Below, piece after piece: positions 47,896 to 58,311 of a stretch of 64,000 nucleotides of DNA. The stretch is from IMG/VR virus record IMGVR_UViG_3300023178_000006. The stretch is one strand, 5' to 3'. The first letter of the stretch is position 1. Each line of letters begins with the position of its first letter. Origin of the DNA: a virus (Duplodnaviria > Caudoviricetes). The notes under the pieces are model-generated. The model searched no databases. It saw only the letters and a program-made list of their open reading frames with translations, and was not told where the DNA came from. The position numbers and the translations under genes are program-made.

Positions 47896-50800
47896 ATGGC
47901 AAACGACAAAAAATTTATAGTCAAGAATGGTCTCTTGACTCCTGAAAACGCTGTTATTGGTACAACGACTGATAATGGTGTGGACCAACTTCAGGTCACA
48001 GGAACAACAAATTTATCCGGTGAAGCTAGTATATCTAGCAACACTGCTTCGTCTGCTACTCTCGATGTTCATAACTTCTTAGGTGCTGGTTCTTCCACAA
48101 TCGTAGCCACATTCCGTGGTGATTCTGATGCTCTTCAAGTTAAGAATATTGGCACGGGTGATTACTCAATCGTTAACACTCAACAGAATAATGGTATTAT
48201 CTTCTATGATAGTACACCTGGTGTTGTTATTCAATATAATGGTAGTGACCGTTTAAATATTGATTCAACAGGAAACCACTTTACTGGTTTATCAACAACA
48301 GACATTGATGGAAACAGAATTATTACCACGGCCGATGAGGGTCCTGGTAATGGTTTTGATGCAGACACAGTTGATGGTTTAGAAGCTGCATCCTTCTTAC
48401 GTTCTGATGCTGACGATACAGGTACTGGAAATTATATCTTTACAAAAGATTTAACAGTAAATCAAAATGTTCAGATTGACGGCGACCTTACAGTTTCTGG
48501 TAATACAACTTATGTAGATACAGAAACAATTCTTTTATCTGATAATATTATCACACTCAACGCAAACCATTCTGGTGCTCCAACACAAAATGCTGGTTGG
48601 GAAGTCAATAGAGGTTCATCTGCAAATTCAGGTGTTCTTTGGGACGAAACAAATGATTGGTTTAAATTAAATTCTGCAGGTAATGATTTAGGTCGTATTA
48701 TTACAACAGCTGATGAAGGTCCAGGCAATGGGTTTGATGCTGATACTGTTGATGGATTAGAAGGCGCTCAATTCTTAAGGTCAGATGTTGATGATACAGC
48801 GAATGGTGTTATTACATTTGCAAACTCTTCAACGATTTTTGGTGATGGTACTGGTGCAGTTACAATTACCTATGATGTTTCTGGTAATAATAGACAAATA
48901 TATGTTAATGCTGGTGTTTGGGGTATTCTAAACCAGACAGCAGGTTTTGGAATGAGCTTAGACTCTAATGATGATTTATACATCAATAGAGATATAAGAG
49001 CAAATCGTCATATAACCGCAGACGATAATATTACCTCAACCGCGGGGAATATTGAAGCAACCGCAGGTTCGGTAACTGCCGGGACTACAGTAAACGCAGG
49101 GACAAACGTTGTTGCAGGTGGTACAGTTACTGGTACTCAATTTATTGATGCTGATGATTCAGGTTATTATTTAAATCCAAATGATACATCTATTCTACAA
49201 ACTGTAGGTATTGACGACAATTTAATTCATAATGGAAACCAAGATACAAGACTTGCTTTCACGACAGACACTATTAAATTAGATACTGACGGAACCACAA
49301 GATTAACAGCAAATAATACTGGAGTTCATATTGATAATCTCAATGTTGGAACTCTTATTGCTGATTCAGGTTCGTTTAACACAGAAGTTGAATCTCCAAT
49401 TTATTACGATAAAGACGACCGAAATTATTATGGAGATTTTGCTGGTGATTCTCAGATGAACACCATCGATATCGATGATTATGTTCGTCATAGAGGAGAC
49501 ACAAATACTTACTTTGGATTTAATGGTAATGACCAAGCTGTAATATACACTGGTGGTACCGAAGCACTATTCGCTAATAACACAATTGTAAGAACAACAA
49601 GAACATTACAAGTTTCAAAATTCCAAGATGCTGATGACCCATCATATGAAGTAGACCCAGCGGGTACTTCAATAATGAACACCATAGGAATTGATGATTA
49701 CATCTTCCACAATGGTGATACAGACACATATTTTGGATTTAACGCTAATGACAACTATCAAATATTTACAGGTGGTACTCAAAGGTTAGAAGTCAATGGT
49801 ACATTTATTACTGGTGCCGTTGATGGTTTCTTCCCTAATTTATATGCAGCAAGGTATTACGACAGTGGTAATGCTACTTATTATGGAGATTTTGCAAGTA
49901 CATCTCGTGTAAATGATATTAGTTTAGTTGGTCAAATTATTCATGACGGTGATACAGACACTTACTTAGATTTCAATGGTGCAGATTCTTTCCAAGTCGT
50001 AACAGGTGGTTCTCAAAGATTATTAGTTAACAATACTTATGTGTTAGCAAATAACCAAATGCGTTCACCTATCTATTATGATAATAATGATACTGCGTAT
50101 TACGGTGACTTTGCTTCTACATCACAAATGAATCGTATTGATATTAATGATTATATCAGACATCGTGGTGATACAAATACCTTCATGGGATTTGATGCTA
50201 ATGATAGTATTACATTCCAAACTGGTGGTGCTGAAAGAGTTAATATTACTGATGCGAATACAACATTCTATCAACCAATAACTGTTCAAGGTGATGTAAT
50301 TGGTGATAGGTTCGTTGATAGACAAAGTAATTCATACTACGTAAACCCAGCAGATACTGCAGTCAGTGGTACGTTTGCTGGTGGTTTAAGAATCGGAAAC
50401 ATTTCTGATTACGCTAACTGGGACGATAACTCAGGTAATGGTGGTATCGGAATTGCGGGTCACGGTGCAATTGCTGCAGGTCAAAACCCAACAATCACAG
50501 TATCAGGTAATTATTCTGGTGGATACGCATTATTATATCTAAACAGAATTGACCCAACGACAAACCCAACAAACAACGGTCAAAGATATATTCACTTCTA
50601 TCATGATGGTACATCAGGTGGTTCAATACGTGGTGATAGCTTTGGTAATCTATACAACGTAAATAATGCTGGAAGTACATGGGGATTCTGGACATCAGGT
50701 TATACCGAAACATTAATTGCTGATGATAGTGGAAATGTTATGGTTCAAGCTGGTTCTTCACCAACATACACAGATGGTGGAGATAATACAGCACTTACAA

Positions 50801-53800
50801 CAACTCCAAGTAATCCTGTTCTTCATGTCGGCGGTTCAATTTATCTAAATGGGAATGACGACGGAATTATATTTGGTCGTGGTACAGCATCATTCTTAAA
50901 AGATGAAGAACTTGCCTTTGGTTGGGGCGGCGGTTGGTACATGCAAGATGGTACATATCTCCGTGTCAGAAATAACAAAACAATTTACTCAACCGGTGAT
51001 GCATGGTTCAATAGAGTCTATGCTCAACAAAATCAAGCTTACTACCTAGACCCAGATGGTGATTCACAATTAAACACTGTTGACATTGATGATTACATTC
51101 GTCATCGTGGTGATACAAATACATATATCGGTTTTGCTGCTAATGACACATTTAGAGTTTGGACAAATGGAAATCAAAGATTAAACATTGATAACGACTC
51201 TGCTGATTTCTCTATTAATGTTTACGCTCCAAGATACTATGATTCAAACGACAATGCTTTCTATGCTGACCCTGCTGGAACTTCAATATTCAGAAGATTA
51301 AATGTATATAGTGGAGAAACAACAGGTGAACTTAATGTTGGTCGTGGTTCAACACAAAGATTTAGGCATTATATTACAGACGGCATTGGATACATTCAAT
51401 ACTGGCAAGATGAAACAGATGGAACAGACCACTCAGTAAGATTTGAAATTCTTTCAAGTTCTTCTGGTGCAAACATATTCCAGTTTAATAGACCAATTGT
51501 TTTAACTTCAAACCAAACAGTTACAGCATCTAAGTTTATAGATTCAGATGATACAAGATATTACTTAGACCCTAACGCAACTGGTAACCCAGGAAATATT
51601 TCTGGTGTATTTAATGGTGCTGTATCATTCGGTTTACCAGGCAATGGTACTGCAAACAATGCTGAAGCTCAGAAAGGTAGATGGTTATCTATTGAAGGTA
51701 ATGCTGATACTTCAGGTGAAGGTTCATCAAGAATATTCTTCACAGAACATAACAGTACAACAGGTTCAATGTCCGCTTATGGTATGTCACTTGGATATCG
51801 TGGTGGTTCTACAAGTATTGTTGGTGCTGATGGAAACACTTGGACAGGTTTAGGTCAAATCAGTAACGGTCAATGGGGACTGTGGGGACACGACGGAAAC
51901 GCAACTGGTCAATGGGCAATGAGAGGTCCAAGGTCTGGTTCTTTTGTTCAGGCATCTGGTTCATTCCGCGCTCCAATTTTCTATGATAGTAACAATACAA
52001 ACTTTTATGTAGACCCAAATAGTTCTTCAAGAATGGATACCATTGTTCTCAATGATGGAGTTACATTAAGGTCACCAAATGGAGATTATGGTTCATTTGC
52101 GATTGATGGAGCAGCAAGAAATGGTTGGGAAGGATTCTCAATCGGTGACCGCATGGTATTCATGCATGATAATTCAAACACAGTCGGTGTTTACAATGAT
52201 GTAGATAACGAATGGATTTGGTATGCTGAACGTAACTCATACATGAGATTAATGTATAATGGCGGCGAACAAGCAAGAACAGACAACGGGTACTTTAGAG
52301 CAAATAACCAATTACGTACTCCAATATTCTACGACTTAAATAATACGGCATTCTACGTAGACCCTAATTCAACTTCAAACATTCAAAACTTAATTGTTAA
52401 TGGTACATTTACTCAAGGTGGTTATGAACAAAATAACCCAGTAGAATCTCGTTGGTATCAACAAGGTACATATAGTTATAGCACATCACAAACACCTAAT
52501 ACACAATATTACTGGATTCCAGTTGGTGTTACAAATAATGGTGGTGCAAAAGGTTTCTTAGAATATTACGCTAAAGACGATGTAAACTATAGTGGTAATG
52601 TTATTGGTAGAATTGTAATCAGTTCATGGAACAACTCATCTATTTCTATTGACCATCATACAACTGGTCCACTTAACAGTGCAGTACCAAAAGTTCGTGT
52701 TGATAACAACAACAGAATTTGGATGCAGATGGATGGCATCACTTGGGATTCTTATGTAAGATGGCACTGGGTTGCAATATCAGGTATCACAATAGAAGAT
52801 GGTAGTGCTAGACAATTAACAACACCTGCAAATTCTATTGAAATCTTAACTGGTCAACAAGTAAGAGCAACTCTTGGAAATGTTACTGGTGCTAGTGTTA
52901 CGAATACAAGACATCACTTCGGTGAAATTGAAGTAAGAGGTCAAACACGCTCACCAATTTATTATGATTTAGATAACACAGGATATTTTGGAGACTTTGC
53001 TTCTCGTTCAAGATTTAATACTTTAGAATTAGGAAACCAAGGTGCCCTAACAAGTTCTACTTCATATCCATTAGGAATCTATCATAATAACAGATACTTA
53101 ATTGGTTTCAGAAACAGTGGTGCTGATGCTAACTATCCTTGGTTAGTCCACGATAATGTCAATGGTAAATCTGCATTTATTATTCACTTTAATGGTAAAG
53201 GTGATAGATTCTATGTAGATGAAGATGGTGATACAGTATTCTCAGGAGATATTACTGCAGACGAAATGTTTGCAAGAAGATTTGTAGATACAGATAACAA
53301 TTCATATTTTGTAGACCCAGCAAGTAACTCGTTTATGGCGAGTATTACTTTACAACAAAACACTGTAGGACAAGCTTATGCTGGGGTTGCAACGCAACCA
53401 ACATATTATATTGGACAACAACGTGGTGACAATGATGCTTGGAAGATTTATGGTGAATCACCCGGTGGTACAAACACAGGTAACTTAATCCTTCAATCAG
53501 AAGACGATTATGATAGTAATGAATCAATAAGATTCAGATTCAAGCGTACTTATGGTGCTTATGATACTAATGACGTATTACAAGCTTTCTATAACTATGT
53601 TTATTCACCAAGCAGTTTCCGTTCACCTATCTTCTATGATAGTAATAACACTGCATACTATGCAAATCCAGCATCTCAATCACACTTTAATACATTAACA
53701 CTTCAAGGTAATAGATTAGGATTTGTTAACTCGTCGTTTGATGCAGAGATACGAGTATCTGATAATAACCCAGACGGTACAGGTGCAACATTTGAATTCT

Positions 53801-56800
53801 GGGGTGACCAAGTTCAGTACAATGCTGAAGTAGCGTCTGAAGTATTCCGTGCAACAAGACACATGCGTGCACCTATCTACTATGATGGTAATGATGCAAA
53901 CTTTTACCTAGACCCTAACAGTATTTCTATTTTAAATGATGTTAGAGCAAGTATTTTCTACGATAGAGATAATACTAACTATTATGTCAATCCAGCTGGT
54001 ACTTCAGTAACAAATGTAATGAGAGCTCAGCGTTTTGCACACGTTGATGATGTTTCACAAAACGACGTATTTGGTTTATACTTTAGTGCTAACCAAAGTG
54101 ATGCTTATGCTATCTACCGCGAAGGCGGTGCTTGGACTAACCCTTATCCTGATTTAAGAATTGCTTTCCACACCGGTATTAAGTTTGGTGCTAATGCTTC
54201 TTACCAAGGTATGCGTTTCTATACTGATTATAACATGGTAACTCAGGTCATGTCAGTCAATAATAGTTCAGACCCATTAGGTGGCGGTAACGTATATGTT
54301 AATAATAACTTACAAGCCGGTTCTTCATTAAGAGCTCCAATATTCTACGATAGTAATAATACAAACTTTTATGCAAACCCGCTTGGAACATCTAGATTCC
54401 AAGTACTTCAAATGGTACCAACCGCAGGATATAACAGTACTGGTGGCACACCTGCAACCGTAAGACTTGGTGATGAAACAAATAATACTAATGCAACTCT
54501 ACAAGAAAGTAGAAGACCAGACATAACTCTAAGAGGACAATATCCTCAGTTGAATATTATGTCATCTCGTATTAATAACGGTACTCACGGTCCTACTCTA
54601 AGATTTGTTGCCTATGATAGTGCTAATGCTTCTTCAGGTAACTTTAAGCATTGGGTAATTGGTACTTCTGGTACAAATGCAACATCGTTACACTTCGGTT
54701 ATTCACCTAACCAATCAAACCCACACTATGGTATTGGTCAAGGTTGGTCAAGTGGTAACAACGTTTCTATATTCTGGATACAAAATGACCGTAACGTATA
54801 TGCAGAAAATGATATGCGTGCTAGACGTTTCGTTGATAGGGATAACACATCTTACTTTACACACCCTGCTGACAGGTCAGATTTATATGATTTAAGATTA
54901 CGTAGTAATTATGTAAGAACATATTATCATTCAGGTTCTAACTTTGTTAATGGTACTCTTGTAAGAACAAGTATTCCTGCGACAGCAACCAACGGTGCTT
55001 CTTATGTATTAGAAGCAACAGGTAAATCATATTCAGGTGATGCACCATTCTCATTCATAGCTCAAGGTTACTTATACGCTAATACAATCATTAACCATTC
55101 TGGTCAACACTTTGGTAAGGCCGGGTTCACCACAATGCGCGCATTTGAAAATGGTGGAGTATTATGTTTCTGGTGGCCAAGAGTATCTTATTGGAACTCA
55201 TTCGCCGTTCACGTAAGAAACGCAAATGGTGATGATAGAAACTTAGTCACAAGTGTTTCAAACTCTTCGTTGCCAAGTTACTCGAAAGGTGTAACAACAA
55301 CAATGAGAACAACTGCGGTATATAACACCAACATTAATACAGGTGATATGTACGCAACACGTTATTATGATAGTAATAACACAGCTTACTATGGAGACTT
55401 TGCTTCAACATCAAGAATGAATGAAGTATCAGTCAATAGAACAAATCACTTGGGCGGAGCTCCTGCTTACTTCTATACAAGTTCAGGCAACTTGCGCGGA
55501 TATATTCGTGCAACTGAATCTAATGATTCTCACTTTGAATTTGCTACATCAGGTGGAGAGGATTTCATCTTCCGTGATGGTGGATTCGGAGGTTCTTGGA
55601 ATCAAATCATTCGTGGTAATGGTCATGTATTAGTATCGTCAAGATTTGATACTCCTATTATGTATGATAGGAATAATACTGGTTACTATGTCAATCCAGC
55701 CGGTGCTTCACAATTCTCATCTGTTTATGCAAATGACTGGTTTAGACCACAAGGTGGAACTGGTGTTTATTGGCAGGATTATGGTTATGGTATACGTTCA
55801 GCGGGTGGTGAAGGAAACCCATACGGAAACATCGCAACTTACAACACTGGTAGAAATGGTTGGAGTGGTTATGGTATAGGTACTCGATGGACTCTGATGT
55901 CCACAGAGGGTAACAACTGGGGTATGCATGATAATTCTCGTGGTTGGAACTACTACTATAACGGTTCATATCATAGATTCTATTATGGATATGTTTATTC
56001 AAGTGAATCTTTCCGTGCTCCAATATTCTATGATTTAGATAACACTGGTTATTATGGAAACTTTGCTGGCGATACTAACTGGCAAGGTCTAACTGCTCGT
56101 GGTCAAGCAATGATTGGATTGCCTGGTCATACAAGAAGTGGTGCAATAAGTAACTACGGTAGAAGACCTAATATTACAGGTGACTCAAACTATTGGACAG
56201 GTTCCAAAGGTTGGGGTAGAGTAAATATGAACACAGTCGGTGACTGGGGTTCAGGCTTCTTCGATTCATGGTCAAACCCACCTAACCAACCTTCAGGTAC
56301 ATCTCACTGGGTTGGTGTTCAAGCATATCACTACACTAATGGTTCAGCAAGGTATGGTTGGCAGTTAGCGGGTGGTCCAATTGCTAACTTAAGATTTAGA
56401 AATACTTGGTCAGGATTCTCAAGTTGGAAAACTGTTCCAATGTTGGATGTTAACAGTTCCAACGGTGGTTCAATGTATGCTGGTCGTTATTATGATTCTA
56501 ATAACACAGGATATTATGGAGACTTTGCATCTACATCGAGAATGAATGTCATTGACATCAATGAAGGTTATAACTACGGTTGGTGGAGAAATAGAAACGC
56601 AGGCCAAGGTTTATATAACCAATCTACAGGTCGACACTTCTATAGCCCAGGGTCAACATATTGGCATCTAGACGGTGCAAGTGGCTCAGGTGGATTGATT
56701 ATATATGACCGTTATAACGGTTCTCAAGGAAGTAGTACAGGTCGTCGTGGTTATCTTTACTATAATAGTTCAGGTTTTGGATTATTAAACAGTTCAGGAA

Positions 56801-58224
56801 ACTGGGGTGTAAGACTTAACCCAGGCAATTCATATACTGAGATTTATAACATCACATATATGAATGATGCAAGAGCTAATATTTACTATGATAGAGGCAA
56901 TACTGGTTACTATGCTAATCCAGCTGGTACTTCATTATTCAATGAAAACAGAAACAACCAAACACACTTTGGTAGAGATTCAAGGTCTGGTTATGGTGGT
57001 CAATACGGAACATACAGCTCATACTTCAAGCGTATGGCCTATATGTCATTCGACTGGAATGCTAACTATGATTATTACTACTATCACGGTCTTGCTTCAA
57101 CAGACATTAATGGTTCGTTCACAGATTCGATGTCACTTAACTCGTTTAATGACATTAACTTAAGACTTGACTCGAATAATAATAACGGAAACTCTTACGT
57201 ACGTATTCACGATAATGGTTATACCAATGCACAAAACGTAGCATATATCGGTAGAGAAGGTGGAAACGCAATCGCATACTTCTATAACAGAGTATATGGT
57301 GCAATCTTCTATGATAGTAATGATGGTGGATATTACTTAGACTTAAACAGCACATCAAACTCAGCACAGAGAATGAGAGGTGGTGTACTCCACGGACCTA
57401 ACCCAACTTGGGGTAGATACTTATATGTTGGTGGTAATGGTCACTGGACAAGTTCATACGCATCGGTTGCAACAACTAACGGTAACCTTCACTTAGATTG
57501 TCAAGGTGGACGTAGTACATATATTAACTGGTACGTTGGTGGAACAACTTACATTAATGGTACACTACAAGTTAACTTCATCTATGATAGAGATAATACT
57601 GGTTATTATGTAAATCCAGCAAGTACTTCGAGGTTTAATGCAATAGAAGTATTTGGAAATGCTGCTTACATAAGAGGTAGCTCACCTACACTATACTTTA
57701 GAGATACAAACCATCGTTCAGCGATGATACACAACAACTCGAACTTATTGTATATTCTTAGAGGTTCTGGTAATGATAGTACATCTTGGTCTTCATACGC
57801 TGGATACTGGCCTGTATATTGGAACTTAGGAAATAACGATGCGACATTCGGTGGTTCTATCTGGGCACGTACTAACATCACTGCATACTCTGATGAAAGA
57901 TTAAAAGAGAATGTAGAAACAATTGATGGTGCTCTTGATAAAGTTCTAAACTTACGTGGTGTTTACTACAACTGGAAGTCAGATGAAGAGAAGACAAGAA
58001 AAGTTGGTGTAGTAGCTCAGGAAGTAGAACCAGTATTACCTGAAGTTGTTATGCTTCACCAAGATGCCGAAGATAAAGAAGGTACTCTTGCGGTTGATTA
58101 TGGAAATATAACAGCAGTTCTTATTGAAGCCGTTAAGGAACAACAAGAACTAATAAATAACCAGAAAGAAGAAATCAGCGAACTTAAAGAGATGGTTTCT
58201 GCATTGATGGATAAACTTAACTAA
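47896..58224 (+). CDS. Giant (about 3440 aa) long tail fibre/adhesin with about 25 YDxxNxxYYxxPxxxS linker repeats and C-terminal S74 chaperone
   Basis: The start is placed at ATG 47896 (GGGAG at 47881-85). N-terminus MANDKKFIVKNGL; rich in aromatic residues, Asn and Gly; C-terminal ITAYSDERLKENV...GVVAQEVEPVLPEVV...AVDYGNITAVLIEAVKE. Confidence 0.9.
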   Translation: MANDKKFIVKNGLLTPENAVIGTTTDNGVDQLQVTGTTNLSGEASISSNTASSATLDVHNFLGAGSSTIVATFRGDSDALQVKNIGTGDYSIVNTQQNNGIIFYDSTPGVVIQYNGSDRLNIDSTGNHFTGLSTTDIDGNRIITTADEGPGNGFDADTVDGLEAASFLRSDADDTGTGNYIFTKDLTVNQNVQIDGDLTVSGNTTYVDTETILLSDNIITLNANHSGAPTQNAGWEVNRGSSANSGVLWDETNDWFKLNSAGNDLGRIITTADEGPGNGFDADTVDGLEGAQFLRSDVDDTANGVITFANSSTIFGDGTGAVTITYDVSGNNRQIYVNAGVWGILNQTAGFGMSLDSNDDLYINRDIRANRHITADDNITSTAGNIEATAGSVTAGTTVNAGTNVVAGGTVTGTQFIDADDSGYYLNPNDTSILQTVGIDDNLIHNGNQDTRLAFTTDTIKLDTDGTTRLTANNTGVHIDNLNVGTLIADSGSFNTEVESPIYYDKDDRNYYGDFAGDSQMNTIDIDDYVRHRGDTNTYFGFNGNDQAVIYTGGTEALFANNTIVRTTRTLQVSKFQDADDPSYEVDPAGTSIMNTIGIDDYIFHNGDTDTYFGFNANDNYQIFTGGTQRLEVNGTFITGAVDGFFPNLYAARYYDSGNATYYGDFASTSRVNDISLVGQIIHDGDTDTYLDFNGADSFQVVTGGSQRLLVNNTYVLANNQMRSPIYYDNNDTAYYGDFASTSQMNRIDINDYIRHRGDTNTFMGFDANDSITFQTGGAERVNITDANTTFYQPITVQGDVIGDRFVDRQSNSYYVNPADTAVSGTFAGGLRIGNISDYANWDDNSGNGGIGIAGHGAIAAGQNPTITVSGNYSGGYALLYLNRIDPTTNPTNNGQRYIHFYHDGTSGGSIRGDSFGNLYNVNNAGSTWGFWTSGYTETLIADDSGNVMVQAGSSPTYTDGGDNTALTTTPSNPVLHVGGSIYLNGNDDGIIFGRGTASFLKDEELAFGWGGGWYMQDGTYLRVRNNKTIYSTGDAWFNRVYAQQNQAYYLDPDGDSQLNTVDIDDYIRHRGDTNTYIGFAANDTFRVWTNGNQRLNIDNDSADFSINVYAPRYYDSNDNAFYADPAGTSIFRRLNVYSGETTGELNVGRGSTQRFRHYITDGIGYIQYWQDETDGTDHSVRFEILSSSSGANIFQFNRPIVLTSNQTVTASKFIDSDDTRYYLDPNATGNPGNISGVFNGAVSFGLPGNGTANNAEAQKGRWLSIEGNADTSGEGSSRIFFTEHNSTTGSMSAYGMSLGYRGGSTSIVGADGNTWTGLGQISNGQWGLWGHDGNATGQWAMRGPRSGSFVQASGSFRAPIFYDSNNTNFYVDPNSSSRMDTIVLNDGVTLRSPNGDYGSFAIDGAARNGWEGFSIGDRMVFMHDNSNTVGVYNDVDNEWIWYAERNSYMRLMYNGGEQARTDNGYFRANNQLRTPIFYDLNNTAFYVDPNSTSNIQNLIVNGTFTQGGYEQNNPVESRWYQQGTYSYSTSQTPNTQYYWIPVGVTNNGGAKGFLEYYAKDDVNYSGNVIGRIVISSWNNSSISIDHHTTGPLNSAVPKVRVDNNNRIWMQMDGITWDSYVRWHWVAISGITIEDGSARQLTTPANSIEILTGQQVRATLGNVTGASVTNTRHHFGEIEVRGQTRSPIYYDLDNTGYFGDFASRSRFNTLELGNQGALTSSTSYPLGIYHNNRYLIGFRNSGADANYPWLVHDNVNGKSAFIIHFNGKGDRFYVDEDGDTVFSGDITADEMFARRFVDTDNNSYFVDPASNSFMASITLQQNTVGQAYAGVATQPTYYIGQQRGDNDAWKIYGESPGGTNTGNLILQSEDDYDSNESIRFRFKRTYGAYDTNDVLQAFYNYVYSPSSFRSPIFYDSNNTAYYANPASQSHFNTLTLQGNRLGFVNSSFDAEIRVSDNNPDGTGATFEFWGDQVQYNAEVASEVFRATRHMRAPIYYDGNDANFYLDPNSISILNDVRASIFYDRDNTNYYVNPAGTSVTNVMRAQRFAHVDDVSQNDVFGLYFSANQSDAYAIYREGGAWTNPYPDLRIAFHTGIKFGANASYQGMRFYTDYNMVTQVMSVNNSSDPLGGGNVYVNNNLQAGSSLRAPIFYDSNNTNFYANPLGTSRFQVLQMVPTAGYNSTGGTPATVRLGDETNNTNATLQESRRPDITLRGQYPQLNIMSSRINNGTHGPTLRFVAYDSANASSGNFKHWVIGTSGTNATSLHFGYSPNQSNPHYGIGQGWSSGNNVSIFWIQNDRNVYAENDMRARRFVDRDNTSYFTHPADRSDLYDLRLRSNYVRTYYHSGSNFVNGTLVRTSIPATATNGASYVLEATGKSYSGDAPFSFIAQGYLYANTIINHSGQHFGKAGFTTMRAFENGGVLCFWWPRVSYWNSFAVHVRNANGDDRNLVTSVSNSSLPSYSKGVTTTMRTTAVYNTNINTGDMYATRYYDSNNTAYYGDFASTSRMNEVSVNRTNHLGGAPAYFYTSSGNLRGYIRATESNDSHFEFATSGGEDFIFRDGGFGGSWNQIIRGNGHVLVSSRFDTPIMYDRNNTGYYVNPAGASQFSSVYANDWFRPQGGTGVYWQDYGYGIRSAGGEGNPYGNIATYNTGRNGWSGYGIGTRWTLMSTEGNNWGMHDNSRGWNYYYNGSYHRFYYGYVYSSESFRAPIFYDLDNTGYYGNFAGDTNWQGLTARGQAMIGLPGHTRSGAISNYGRRPNITGDSNYWTGSKGWGRVNMNTVGDWGSGFFDSWSNPPNQPSGTSHWVGVQAYHYTNGSARYGWQLAGGPIANLRFRNTWSGFSSWKTVPMLDVNSSNGGSMYAGRYYDSNNTGYYGDFASTSRMNVIDINEGYNYGWWRNRNAGQGLYNQSTGRHFYSPGSTYWHLDGASGSGGLIIYDRYNGSQGSSTGRRGYLYYNSSGFGLLNSSGNWGVRLNPGNSYTEIYNITYMNDARANIYYDRGNTGYYANPAGTSLFNENRNNQTHFGRDSRSGYGGQYGTYSSYFKRMAYMSFDWNANYDYYYYHGLASTDINGSFTDSMSLNSFNDINLRLDSNNNNGNSYVRIHDNGYTNAQNVAYIGREGGNAIAYFYNRVYGAIFYDSNDGGYYLDLNSTSNSAQRMRGGVLHGPNPTWGRYLYVGGNGHWTSSYASVATTNGNLHLDCQGGRSTYINWYVGGTTYINGTLQVNFIYDRDNTGYYVNPASTSRFNAIEVFGNAAYIRGSSPTLYFRDTNHRSAMIHNNSNLLYILRGSGNDSTSWSSYAGYWPVYWNLGNNDATFGGSIWARTNITAYSDERLKENVETIDGALDKVLNLRGVYYNWKSDEEKTRKVGVVAQEVEPVLPEVVMLHQDAEDKEGTLAVDYGNITAVLIEAVKEQQELINNQKEEISELKEMVSALMDKLN

Positions 58225-58229
58225 ACTAG

Positions 58230-58258
58230 TTGACATTACAAGATACTTGTGATATAAT
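58230..58258 (+). promoter_or_regulatory. Consensus sigma70 (early-type) promoter with extended -10
   Basis: TTGACA (58230-35), 17-nt spacer, TATAAT (58253-58), preceded by TGn. Confidence 0.9.
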
Positions 58259-58272
58259 TAGTTGGTTATTAA

Positions 58273-58280
58273 TATAAATA
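58273..58280 (+). promoter_or_regulatory. T4-type late promoter TATAAATA
   Basis: Exact consensus upstream of 58312. Confidence 0.75.
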
Positions 58281-58311
58281 ATATAGTAATTTAAATTACG
58301 GAGAAAATAAA

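Noticed and set aside
47896-58224. Shufflon or invertase-type fibre switching
   Set aside because: No recombinase gene, no inverted cassette on the - strand and no inverted crossover sites were found; the repeats are direct.
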